Below, piece by piece: positions 20,800 to 30,070 of a DNA stretch of 64,000 bases (within the stretch, counting starts at the first letter, position 1; every line of letters begins with the position of its first letter). Origin of the DNA: Cyanobacteriota bacterium (GTDB lineage: Bacteria > Cyanobacteriota > Cyanobacteriia > Cyanobacteriales > Nostocaceae); assembly GCA_046045965.1 (NCBI GenBank), contig JBJOKS010000010.1:1-64000 (forward strand). Reading direction: 5' to 3'. Under the pieces are notes generated by a model. The model saw only the letters and a program-made list of their open reading frames with translations, did not search any database and was not told the DNA's origin. A program made the translations under genes and the position numbers.

Positions 20800-21801
20800 C
20801 TATCTTCCCCATTGAAAAATTGCTGCACCCCAGCTTAAACCTGCACCAAAGCCGGAGGTAGCAATGATATCATTAGGTTTGATTTTGCCTAGTCTTACTG
20901 CTTCATCTAATGCTAGGGGAATGGAAGCGGCGGAGGTGTTGCCATAATGAGCAACATTACTAATTACTTTATGTTCAGGAATATTTAATCTGTCAGCTAC
21001 GGCATTGATAATGCGCTGATTCGCTTGATGTAATATTAGCCAATCTATGTTATCTACACTCAGATGAGCTTCAAATAAAGCTTTGTCTATGACTTCTGGC
21101 ACTTTCTGGACGGCAAAGCGATAAACTTCTTTACCGTTCATGCTGATGGGTTGATAAGTGCCTGTAGGTACATGAATATTTGGTGTGACTTGTTTTGTAG
21201 TACCTTGATAACCCAAGTTGAGATAGTGGTTTTGAGTGCCATCACTTTTGAGGGAAAATCCCAGTAAGCGATCGCTCTTATTTGCTTGCAAAACTACCGC
21301 CCCTGCACCATCACCGAATAGTACACAAGTGCGCCGATCCTGCCAATCTACCCAACGAGAGAGGATATCTCCCCCTATCAGCAGTACATTTTTATAAACA
21401 CCTGTTCTAATAAATTGGGCTGCTGTTACCAGTCCAAATATAAAGCCAGAACAGGCGGCTGTTAAATCCAAGGCGACTGCTTTAATTGCGCCTAATTCAG
21501 CTTGAACTCGACAAGCACTACCAAATAAATCATCTGGGGTAGAAGTTGCCAACAAAATTAAATCAATATCCTCTGCTTTAATTCCTGCGGCGGCGATCGC
21601 CTGTTTACCAGCATCCGTTGCCAGTGTAGTCAATGATTCAGGCGGTAATGCTAACTGCCGTTGACGAATTCCTGTTCTTGTGGTAATCCACTCATCTGAA
21701 GTTTCCACCAGTTGAGTTAGTAACTGGTTATCCAAGGCAGTTGCTGGTACTGCCGAGCCACTACCTGTAATTGCTATGCCATTGTTGAATAAATTCTGCA
21801 C
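20800..21801 (-). CDS. fabH: 3-oxoacyl-ACP synthase III
   Basis: AACSGF, HQAN, GNTSAAS; GTG start inferred. Confidence 0.98.
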   Translation of the reverse strand: MQNLFNNGIAITGSGSAVPATALDNQLLTQLVETSDEWITTRTGIRQRQLALPPESLTTLATDAGKQAIAAAGIKAEDIDLILLATSTPDDLFGSACRVQAELGAIKAVALDLTAACSGFIFGLVTAAQFIRTGVYKNVLLIGGDILSRWVDWQDRRTCVLFGDGAGAVVLQANKSDRLLGFSLKSDGTQNHYLNLGYQGTTKQVTPNIHVPTGTYQPISMNGKEVYRFAVQKVPEVIDKALFEAHLSVDNIDWLILHQANQRIINAVADRLNIPEHKVISNVAHYGNTSAASIPLALDEAVRLGKIKPNDIIATSGFGAGLSWGAAIFQWGR

Positions 21802-21823
21802 TCCCAATCTCCCCATTTGTCAA

Positions 21824-21856
21824 TTGTCAGTTGTCAGTTGTCAGTTGTCAGTTGTC
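21824..21856. repeat. Heptamer repeat TTGTCAG
   Basis: About 4-5 copies. Confidence 0.85.
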
Positions 21857-21954
21857 TTTTGTTCAGCAGAAATAACCAATAACTAAGTACCAATAATGAC
21901 CGATGACTAATGACAAATGACGATTGCTATTAGCGTAGCTTCTCATAGAGAAGG

Positions 21955-22977
21955 CTAATCGCTTTCGCTTTGTAGGATTTGATATTGTGACTGTAGTCTT
22001 TGCAATACCTGGTTGTCTACAGCTTCCTTGGCCATGCGAATAGCACTAAAAATAGAAGGTGCTTGGGAACTACCATGACCGATAAAACAAATCCCATTTA
22101 CACCTAATAGCAATGCTCCCCCATGTTCGGCGTGATCCATGCGCTGTTTAACGCGCTTCAGGTTGGGTTTTAAAATTGCTGTACCAATTTGTCCCCGGAT
22201 ACCTTGGGGTAGTTCTTCCCGCAGAATTTGTAAAATTACTCCTCCTACTGCTTCGGCAAATTTTAATAACACATTACCAACAAAGCCATCGCAGACAATA
22301 ACATCAAATTCACCTGATAATACATCACGTCCTTCCGCATTACCAGTAAAGTTAATTTGGGTATTTTCCCTTAATAATTGGTGGGCGCGGACTGCTGCTT
22401 CGTTACCTTTGGTGTCTTCTTCACCGATATTCAATAATCCTATTTTGGGTTCAGGCATTCCCAAAACATACTGGCTATAAATAGACCCCATAACTGCAAA
22501 CTGCTCTAAAAATTTAGGGCGACAGTCTACATTAGCACCAACATCAAGTATTAATACTGGTTTGGATTTGATGGTGGGGAATACTGTCCCAATAGCTGGG
22601 CGGTCAATTCCTGGTAATCTGCCTAAACGTAGCAAAGCTGATGCCATTGCTGCGCCTGAGTGTCCAGCAGAAAATACAGCATCGGCCTGATTCTTTTTAA
22701 CCAAGTCCATCGCTACGTTAATGGAAGCCTTGCGCTTTTTTCTGACTGCGTTTAAAGGCTCTTCATCCATTGTGATTGTTTCCTGTGCAGGAACAATCTC
22801 CAAGTCCGTCATATTTGTCTTTGGCGGTATGACAGCTTCAATTTGTTGGGTATCACCTACCAACAAGATTTTCACACCCAATTCTTCCTTCGCTCGCAGT
22901 GCGCCAGCGACGATTTCAGCGGGTGCGTAATCCCCTCCCATAGCGTCAATTGCGATCCTTACACCAGTCGATCCCAT
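21955..22977 (-). CDS. plsX: Phosphate acyltransferase
   Basis: IAIDAMGGD, LD.GAN, CDGFVGN, HGSS. Confidence 0.98.
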   Translation of the reverse strand: MGSTGVRIAIDAMGGDYAPAEIVAGALRAKEELGVKILLVGDTQQIEAVIPPKTNMTDLEIVPAQETITMDEEPLNAVRKKRKASINVAMDLVKKNQADAVFSAGHSGAAMASALLRLGRLPGIDRPAIGTVFPTIKSKPVLILDVGANVDCRPKFLEQFAVMGSIYSQYVLGMPEPKIGLLNIGEEDTKGNEAAVRAHQLLRENTQINFTGNAEGRDVLSGEFDVIVCDGFVGNVLLKFAEAVGGVILQILREELPQGIRGQIGTAILKPNLKRVKQRMDHAEHGGALLLGVNGICFIGHGSSQAPSIFSAIRMAKEAVDNQVLQRLQSQYQILQSESD

Positions 22978-23208
22978 TGCTCCTAGCTCAAAGAAACCTT
23001 ACAAATTTTATCAGATTGCAATACTCAACAATTAAAAATTTCAAAAAAAGACATGAAAAACTATAGCAGGAGTCAGGAGTCAGGAGGCAGGAGGCATCTA
23101 TTGGTTCTCATTCGCGTTCATCTGCGTTTAATATTCTGAGCATATAAAAAGGCTCTACCTTGGATCACACCCAAAGCAGAACCTTTAAGAATTTATAAAA
23201 CCGAAAAA

Positions 23209-24681
23209 CTAACTCAAAACCCAACTAACCAAAGTTCTCACACCAAAACCAGTCGCCCCAGCACCGTTGTAACCATTTTCCTTATCAGCCCAAACAGGAC
23301 CTGCAATATCTAAATGCGCCCAAGGAGTATCCTTCACAAACTGCTTCAAAAACAAAGCCGCAGTAATAGAACCGCCATAACGAGGTCCGGTATTTTTCAT
23401 ATCCGCAATACCAGATTTTAACCCGTCAAAATATTTTTCTTCCATCGGCATCCGCCAAAGTTTCTCACCTGCTGTTTCTGAGGCGGTTTGCAGTTGGGAA
23501 GCGACAGCATCATCAGGTGTAAATAAACCAGCGATATCATCACCCAAAGCCACCACACAAGCACCTGTGAGAGTAGCTAAATCAACGATCGCATCTACAC
23601 CTAATTTATCAGCATACACCAGAGCATCAGCCAAGGTTAAACGCCCTTCAGCATCGGTGTTATTAACTTCGATTGTTTTGCCATTGGATGCGGTTAAGAT
23701 GTCTCCTGGGTGCATAGCCTTACCGCTAATCATGTTTTCGGTAACGGCGGATATAAAGTGAATCTCTACATCTGGTTTTAACTGACCAATAGCTTTAGCA
23801 GCGCCAAGAGTGGCCGCAGCACCACCCATGTCAATTTTCATGGTTTCAATCCCGCTACCAGCGCCTTTAATGTTCAAACCACCAGAGTCAAAGGTTAAAC
23901 CTTTACCAATAATGGCTAATTTGCGTCTAGGTGTGGTTTCTGGTTTGTAGATGAGGTGAATAAATTTAGGTGGTAAGTCCGAAGCTTGAGCGACTCCTAA
24001 AAATGCACCCATACCTAATTTTTCACATTCTGCTTGTTCCAGAATTTCCAGATGTAAACCGTGATCTTTGGCTATAGCTTGAGCAGTTTCTGCCATAGTA
24101 ATCGGTGTAACCGCATTAGCGGGAGCCGCTACTAACTGTCTAGCTAAAATTACCCCAGAAACAATTTGTTCTGCACGGGTAACGGCTGCTTCTTGTCCTG
24201 GTAAACCCAATAAATCTATAGTTTCGATATTGGGATTTTTATCTTCTGGTTCGGATTTGAAGCGAGTATCTTGATAAAGTGCCAGTTGTGTACCTTCAGC
24301 AATAGCTTGAGCTGTAGCTGCTGGATCGTTGTTATAAACGGGTAAACTGATTCCTAGAGTTTTGGTTTTTTGCTTTTTAGCGGTTCGCGCTATTGTAGCC
24401 GCAACACGGCGTAAAGTTTCTAATTTCAGCGCGTCTGGTTTACCTAAACCGACTAAAATCAATTTCCGCACGGGATGACTAGCACCTACCCGAATAACGA
24501 CGGTACTATTAGCTTTACCTGTAAATTCTTCTTCAGCAATGATTTCTTGGAAAATTCCGGCGCATTTCTCGTTTAAAGTCGCTAAATCCCCTGTTAACTC
24601 TACTGCGTCTTCAAATAAGCCAACTGCTAGGGTATCACCAGTCCAATCTAATAAAGCTGTATTTGTAGGTTGAATCGTCAT
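23209..24681 (-). CDS. pepA: Leucyl aminopeptidase (M17)
   Basis: [32 protein letters not shown]. Confidence 0.97.
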   Translation of the reverse strand: MTIQPTNTALLDWTGDTLAVGLFEDAVELTGDLATLNEKCAGIFQEIIAEEEFTGKANSTVVIRVGASHPVRKLILVGLGKPDALKLETLRRVAATIARTAKKQKTKTLGISLPVYNNDPAATAQAIAEGTQLALYQDTRFKSEPEDKNPNIETIDLLGLPGQEAAVTRAEQIVSGVILARQLVAAPANAVTPITMAETAQAIAKDHGLHLEILEQAECEKLGMGAFLGVAQASDLPPKFIHLIYKPETTPRRKLAIIGKGLTFDSGGLNIKGAGSGIETMKIDMGGAAATLGAAKAIGQLKPDVEIHFISAVTENMISGKAMHPGDILTASNGKTIEVNNTDAEGRLTLADALVYADKLGVDAIVDLATLTGACVVALGDDIAGLFTPDDAVASQLQTASETAGEKLWRMPMEEKYFDGLKSGIADMKNTGPRYGGSITAALFLKQFVKDTPWAHLDIAGPVWADKENGYNGAGATGFGVRTLVSWVLS

Positions 24682-24780
24682 TTTTGTAATGTTCTGTTAA
24701 CCTTCCTTACTTGTACCAGTATTGCTTAAAATTTCCAGGGTGTGGGGATTGTTGATCGGGGACTGGGGATGAAAACTAAC

Positions 24781-24863
24781 TTCTCCTGTTAAAATAATCC
24801 CTATTAGGGATTGAAACTAACCGATCCTCACTATTGGCAAAATCTCTATTGGAGATTGAAAAC
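24781..24863 (+). CRISPR. Orphan CRISPR-like mini-array: two degenerate type I-D-like repeats flanking one short spacer
   Basis: AATCCC-TATTA-GGGATT-GAAAC (24796-24817) and AATCTC-TATTG-GAGATT-GAAAAC (24841-24863); 45-nt period; 23 nt between them; no cas genes in window. Confidence 0.7.
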
Positions 24864-24932
24864 ATAATGTTGAACATCACAAACGCCAAGTTAAGCTTTA
24901 TTGCTGATAACTTTCTTGGTGAAAATGAAGCG

Positions 24933-25154
24933 ATGAGAGAAATTGCTTACAGCATGGATTTATTAATTCCTGGCTTGTACTTATGGCTACCAGGAATAAA
25001 TATTCGCCTTGGTGGTGCTGTTCCTGATGATCAACCCTACAGATATCCAGGTAAAATTCACAGTCATGCTGGTATTGCTTTAGTATTACCAGGGTACAAG
25101 ATTTTTACATCTTACCAGGGAACTTATGACTCATTTGGAGAGGAGTTTAAATAA
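24933..25154 (+). CDS. Hypothetical protein, 73 aa (alternative ATG at 24867)
   Basis: Open frame with protein-like composition directly downstream of the mini-array; no family recognised. Confidence 0.65.
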   Translation: MREIAYSMDLLIPGLYLWLPGINIRLGGAVPDDQPYRYPGKIHSHAGIALVLPGYKIFTSYQGTYDSFGEEFK

Positions 25155-25201
25155 GGATAGGTTAGTAAGGTAAAAGATATTGATATTTTATCAGGCTACC
25201 T

Positions 25202-25429
25202 ATGACCCTTAACACGCATAAAATCCAGGGACTACCAAAGTTTAAATGTCAAACATTAAGCGCAACTCAATTTGAGAAATTAATGATTGATGCTGGTTAC
25301 TCAATATCAGGTACTGCACCAGCCCAAGGTAATAGAATTAAAGTTTGGTGGATTCATGATCAATACCCAAGAGTAGAATCTATTTATAGTCCTGACAAGA
25401 AAACAGTTATTACTGCGTATCATGTATAA
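25202..25429 (+). CDS. Hypothetical 75-aa protein, possible small RNase toxin fold
   Basis: Helix (ATQFEKLMIDAGY) followed by beta-strands and a C-terminal VITAYH motif reminiscent of HicA/BrnT/RelE-like RNases; function is inference. Confidence 0.65.
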   Translation: MTLNTHKIQGLPKFKCQTLSATQFEKLMIDAGYSISGTAPAQGNRIKVWWIHDQYPRVESIYSPDKKTVITAYHV

Positions 25430-25502
25430 GATTCGCTTTTTAAGGTTTAATTGTTCAACTTTAAACTCATTATCACTCCATTCCTGAATGCTTACTCATA
25501 GA

Positions 25503-26990
25503 TTAAATAAAATTCTTGCCCTGTTGATAAATTTCCTTTGCATAATTAGTCCAAGCACCTTGTCCCCAATATCTAAAACAACTGGTTTGCAGCAAAAGAT
25601 TATGTAATAAAACTTGGCGGTAGTGGTTTTCTTTAGTGATAGATTGATCTGAATTATCGGTTAACAAATCATCGAATTTTTGATGAAATAAATTACTTAA
25701 TTCATACATGGGTGATAAAACATTTTCGTATCCTTGCACCCAACTAATATGATTTGTCCATGATGCACCATCAACATGAAAATTAGGGTTAGTTTTCTTG
25801 ATTTCTTGAATGGCATTTTCTACTGCATCTGGTTGACAATTATCTGCGTTTATTCGCTGCCAAATTTGATGCTGTCCAATTGGTTGACATTGGGGAAAAT
25901 CTTCCGGTTGACAACCAGCATCTGCTAATAATTCTAAATATTCTGTACCACAAACACCAACCACACCTGTTTTACCTCCGCCATTTTGCTGCATATCCCA
26001 CCAAGCTTGTTTAAAACCGCTGGGAAATTCATTCATCATTACACCGCCGTTTTCACCATCACCTATTTGGCTGACAATTGGTGGTACTAAAACATTACCT
26101 AATTGTTGTTTATTTAAAGTTTTTGCTTCATAGTATGGCTGCATTTGGGCAACTAATTTAGTATCTGATCCTTGGGTTTTAATTAATGCGGTAATACTAA
26201 TGGTTTCCCCTTGGGAATTACGAGCAATTAAACGATGTGGTAAGTGTTTATAAACCAGAGGTTCACCGTTAATTGTTTCTACAGTATGTTCTTGTACTAA
26301 TAACCAATGATAACCACATTCTTTGAGGGCTTTGATAAATGCAAATAGGGTATCTGGATGGTTTGGGAGGTGCATTTCTGGGGGGGAAAATCCTTTAATT
26401 CTTGCTAGTGCTTCCCAGCCAAAAATTGCTGCAAAGTGATGTTGCCAAGCAATAATATGTAGTTTAAAATCTGCTATGGGTGTGGAAGGGATGACTGCAT
26501 GACTCCACATTGTCCCTAACCATTCTACATAAGGCTGATAAGTGCGATCGCAAGTGATACGTTTGAGATTTTCTAAAATATCACTTCTTCCCATTTGTCG
26601 AAGTCCCCATAATAGATTACCAGAATAATCGAGCATTACACGGGGGTTACAACCTTGATGTACTAATTCGGGAATAAAATCTCCCATACGACTGTAACAA
26701 TAAGCAAAGGGTCCTGCGTTGTGGTTGTCTCCTTCGTTTTGGTGTTCAAACATATATTGCAGGTTGCTGATCAGGGAACCACCATGTCCTGCTGGTATAG
26801 TGGGTTGGTGCATATGCAGAGCGATCGCAAATACTGCTTTTACATCTGCTAATTTAATATTAGTTGTTGGTAAAAATACAGGATCATTATGGTTAACTAC
26901 AGATAGAACTTCATTTTCCCAACCTGATATATTTGGTAAATCATCAATGATTTCGGGTAAAATTGGCAGATTAGATGGTAATTTTAACAT
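25503..26990 (-). CDS. Glycoside hydrolase family 57 protein
   Basis: ALHMHQP, GFSPPEM, DGENGG, TSC.RYWG. Confidence 0.88.
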   Translation of the reverse strand: MLKLPSNLPILPEIIDDLPNISGWENEVLSVVNHNDPVFLPTTNIKLADVKAVFAIALHMHQPTIPAGHGGSLISNLQYMFEHQNEGDNHNAGPFAYCYSRMGDFIPELVHQGCNPRVMLDYSGNLLWGLRQMGRSDILENLKRITCDRTYQPYVEWLGTMWSHAVIPSTPIADFKLHIIAWQHHFAAIFGWEALARIKGFSPPEMHLPNHPDTLFAFIKALKECGYHWLLVQEHTVETINGEPLVYKHLPHRLIARNSQGETISITALIKTQGSDTKLVAQMQPYYEAKTLNKQQLGNVLVPPIVSQIGDGENGGVMMNEFPSGFKQAWWDMQQNGGGKTGVVGVCGTEYLELLADAGCQPEDFPQCQPIGQHQIWQRINADNCQPDAVENAIQEIKKTNPNFHVDGASWTNHISWVQGYENVLSPMYELSNLFHQKFDDLLTDNSDQSITKENHYRQVLLHNLLLQTSCFRYWGQGAWTNYAKEIYQQGKNFI

Positions 26991-27044
26991 TTTTGTTTGT
27001 TCCAAAATCAGGTATAACTGTAAATTTTGCCCTGATATTTAGCA

Positions 27045-27644
27045 ATGAATACCCCAAGTCACGCAATTCTCAATTTAGTGATTTTTAATCAACAATTACG
27101 CATTCAGGCAAGTCCGGCTATTATCATCGGTGCAATCCTTCCTGATATTCCCATATTTGTGTTCTATTTTTTGATGAAGTTTGTTTACCGTTTACCAGAA
27201 CGGCAGATTTGGTCTGAGGTTTATTATCAACCTTTTTGGCAATTTATTGTGAGTACGTCTCATTCTATTCCTCTAGCTTTGCTGGGGGTATTAATTGCCC
27301 ATTTTGGAAATTGGCAAATAATTGAGGTTGGTTTTATGAGTATGGTGTTGCATTCTTTGTTAGATTTTCCTGTTCATAATAATGATGCACATCGTCATTT
27401 TTTTCCTTTGAGTAATTATCGTTTTATTAGTCCGGTTTCTTATTGGGATGTTAAGCATTATGGACGCATTGCGGCTTTGGTAGAAATTCTACTGGTTTTA
27501 GGGGCAACAATTTATCTATTTCCTGGTATTCAAGCTTATTTGGGTGCTGGTTTGTTGGTTGCGGTGAATGTATTTTATTGGTTTGGCTATTTTCGGTTTT
27601 ATTTGAAAAGGAAATTAATTGAAGATCCCCCCAACCCCCCTTAA
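27045..27644 (+). CDS. Membrane-bound metal-dependent hydrolase-like protein
   Basis: TPSH, GAILPD, HS, LH.LLD, H..DAHRHF motifs with TM helices. Confidence 0.75.
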   Translation: MNTPSHAILNLVIFNQQLRIQASPAIIIGAILPDIPIFVFYFLMKFVYRLPERQIWSEVYYQPFWQFIVSTSHSIPLALLGVLIAHFGNWQIIEVGFMSMVLHSLLDFPVHNNDAHRHFFPLSNYRFISPVSYWDVKHYGRIAALVEILLVLGATIYLFPGIQAYLGAGLLVAVNVFYWFGYFRFYLKRKLIEDPPNPP

Positions 27645-27828
27645 AAAGGGGGGCTTTTTTCTATTTCTGAAATTATCTTGCCTTTGTGTGCTTTGTGTCC
27701 TTTGTGGTTCGTGGTTTCATAATTCAAATAAACCGCAAAGTTCGCAAAGTTCGCAAAGTAGGAATTGTGCAAGTAGTTAGAAATTAAGTGCTTTTATTTC
27801 AGAGAGTTGGTATGAAGGGGTAATGAAA

Positions 27829-28701
27829 TTACTTGCGGGCTGAACCAAAAGCTAACCGATTTCTAGAAAACAGTGAGTTGTTAAAGTGTGGGATTTTGGT
27901 GACAAAATTCTTGATGATTTTGGGTTGAAGTTGTTTGTTTGGTGCTGCTAGTTGTAATACTATTTCTAGTAACCAAGGGGCTAGGTTTTGACACCAAACT
28001 GCTAAATGAGATTGCCATCCAACTAATATTTCTGATTGATCTTTTTGCAGTCCGATGATCAGGGTTTGGGCTACTTGTTGGGGTGTCATGGGGGTGACTC
28101 CTCGAAATAGTTTTAAGTCGCGCACCATGTCTGTATCTGTGAGGGTGGGAAGTAAGGCCACAACGCGGATGTTGTGTTCTGCTAGTTCCCGTCGTAATGC
28201 TTGGGTAAAACCTAAAATGGCAAATTTGGTGGCTGAATAGGTGGCCATTGTTGGTGCTGCTACTTTACCCATGAGACTGGAAACGTTGACAATTGTTCCC
28301 TCTTTTTGGCTGGCCATGCGTCGCGCTATCAAGTTTGTGAGGGTGTACATTCCCAACAGGTTGACGGAAAGTTCTTCTTGGACTTGGGGAAGTTTTGTTT
28401 GCAGAAATGAATTTTGATATGCGACTCCTGCACAGTTGACGAGTAGATGAATTGGTCCATAACTGCGCCAAATTTGAGCGATCGCTATATTCACGCTGAC
28501 TGCTTGGGTTAAGTCTAGGGTGATGGTTGTGGTTTCGGTTCCCAGTTTTTCGATTTCTGCGGCTACTTCGGCTAATTTTTGGCGATCGCGTGCTACCAAG
28601 ATCAGCCGCTTTACTCCTTGCTGGGCTAATTCTAATGCGATCGCTTTTCCAATTCCACGAGAAGCACCCGTAATTAGAGCAACTTTACCTTGAATATTCA
28701 T
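27829..28701 (-). CDS. SDR family oxidoreductase
   Basis: TGASRGIG, NCAG, YSATK; no RGSGR pentapeptide, so not HetN. Confidence 0.93.
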   Translation of the reverse strand: MNIQGKVALITGASRGIGKAIALELAQQGVKRLILVARDRQKLAEVAAEIEKLGTETTTITLDLTQAVSVNIAIAQIWRSYGPIHLLVNCAGVAYQNSFLQTKLPQVQEELSVNLLGMYTLTNLIARRMASQKEGTIVNVSSLMGKVAAPTMATYSATKFAILGFTQALRRELAEHNIRVVALLPTLTDTDMVRDLKLFRGVTPMTPQQVAQTLIIGLQKDQSEILVGWQSHLAVWCQNLAPWLLEIVLQLAAPNKQLQPKIIKNFVTKIPHFNNSLFSRNRLAFGSARK

Positions 28702-28864
28702 CGGTTTTCACCTCCAAATTTTTCGCCTTCCCTTTCTTTTGCTATCTTTGGGTAAGACGATTTGTGAATGGTAATTCTGGTTCTACGAGATTTTTCTGTT
28801 ACTCATCTGCAATACCCCTCCATTGCTGACAAAGCAGAATTTTCTCGTTGGTACAATAGTTTCG

Positions 28865-28903
28865 TCAAAACTGACGCTCATTGGCAGTGTGGATACAGCG
28901 CAT
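28865..28903 (-). other. Candidate 12-aa upstream ORF MRCIHTANERQF
   Basis: Start context GAGGTAAAACCGATG nearly identical to the SDR start context GAGGTGAAAACCGATG. Confidence 0.35.
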
Positions 28904-29025
28904 CGGTTTTACCTCTCTTTGATCCGAGCTTTTACCAGTATGTTGCCACTACACACGTTAGCAACTAAATCAAGAGATTGCAATATTTTTTAATAAGAAT
29001 TTCTTAACAATTCTTCACAAGATTA

Positions 29026-29194
29026 TATAGCCGTGGACAGGGTGGTTAGGACATCAATTGATAGCGCATGATAGCGCAGCCTAGCGTCAGCCATTGATAA
29101 AACTCCCACTATAAGAGGGTTTTACTCCTGAACGCCAGTTGCTTTATGCAGGGAAACCCTTCCACTGCAATGCCTCCTCCTGACTCCTGCTATA
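29026..29194. repeat. Composite dispersed repeat / MITE-like element with nested small repeats
   Basis: TATAGC...GCTATA ends; internal GATAGCGCAGCCTAGCGTCAGCCAT is a degenerate inverted copy of the element at about 59004-59028; ends in CTCCTGA units. Confidence 0.55.
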
Positions 29195-29306
29195 TATATA
29201 GGAGTATTTTAGTTAGATAAGTTTTAATTAATACCGCCTGAGCTTGGTGGTGATTTGATGACAATTGGTTGCATGGAATAATATTTAAATGGCACTAAAC
29301 CGCTGA

Positions 29307-29514
29307 TAATTAGGTAGGCGTTGAAAATTGTCGTTATGGCAAGGCAAGAGGTGAAGCAGTGCGGTCTTGGGAGTTTCCCCCATGAGAAACTGCTGTTCGC
29401 CAAGCGTGCCGGAGGCATTACCCGAAGGGCAAAAGGCACTCATGCAAGAGGGAAGAGACTTTCAGAGATTTTACATTTTTGTACTTGCTTGGTTTTTTCG
29501 AGCCGACTTACTTA
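29307..29514. mobile_element. MITE-like element with imperfect TIRs and nested GC-rich small repeats
   Basis: Left end TAATTAGGTAGGCGTTGAAAA versus right end TTTTCGAGCCGACTTACTTA; left-end sequence recurs inverted at about 59105-59154. Confidence 0.65.
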
Positions 29515-29534
29515 AATGCAGATAATACTGTCAT

Positions 29535-29942
29535 TTAGTAAGCTTTAAATCTTCTACTATCGTAGTAAAAGGTGAGAAATGTATTATTATCAACCAATAT
29601 TCCTAAAATGATATCGAGCTTTTCTCGAAAATATGGACTACCAGTTTCTTCTTCATTGATAATAATAGGCTCATCCAGTATTTCTACAACTATAGCTGGC
29701 TGATTTTTATAAGGTATTTTCCTATTTTTGAGAGTTTCTTTCCATTTCACTAATTGTCCAACTTGAAAAAAATCTTTTTTGAGATAATTATTACAAGCTG
29801 TTTGCAGTTGAGCTATATATTCCTGTTCATAGCTTTCTTCTTCTGGGTCAATGTTGTGTTCTTCTTCAACAAAGTTGTGAGGTTGGAAATATGGTATTAA
29901 TGTACCTATTATGTTTTGGCTAGTATTTTGTTCTTCGCTCAT
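29535..29942 (-). CDS. Hypothetical protein (acidic N-terminus, SH3/KOW-like F.VGQLV.WK region)
   Basis: 135-aa AT-rich ORF; no family recognised with certainty. Confidence 0.7.
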   Translation of the reverse strand: MSEEQNTSQNIIGTLIPYFQPHNFVEEEHNIDPEEESYEQEYIAQLQTACNNYLKKDFFQVGQLVKWKETLKNRKIPYKNQPAIVVEILDEPIIINEEETGSPYFREKLDIILGILVDNNTFLTFYYDSRRFKAY

Positions 29943-30070
29943 ACCAATTATGATTTAACTCTCTATAATGACTAAACTAAATTGAGTAATTTGAGAATGA
30001 TTTTTTATTTATTCAACATACAGGCATTACATCCACAATATATATAATACCAAAAAACAGGTATAAAACA

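Noticed and set aside
23843..23853. GTTTCAATCCC, an inverted CRISPR-repeat end
   Set aside because: Lies within the pepA coding sequence (GIET), has no hairpin partner; coincidental.
24695..24712. Second possible spacer target in the pepA upstream region (TAACCTTCCTTACT)
   Set aside because: Needs a gap and extra mismatches in the seed; too weak.
24834..24932. ORF-track N-terminal extension of the 106-aa ORF
   Set aside because: The TTG start runs through CRISPR-like repeat 2; the ATG at 24933 or 24867 is more plausible.
27829..28701. HetN assignment for the SDR
   Set aside because: No RGSGR/ERGSGR motif.
29224..29515. Two short ORFs over the MITE
   Set aside because: Products of repeat sequence; no transposase motifs.
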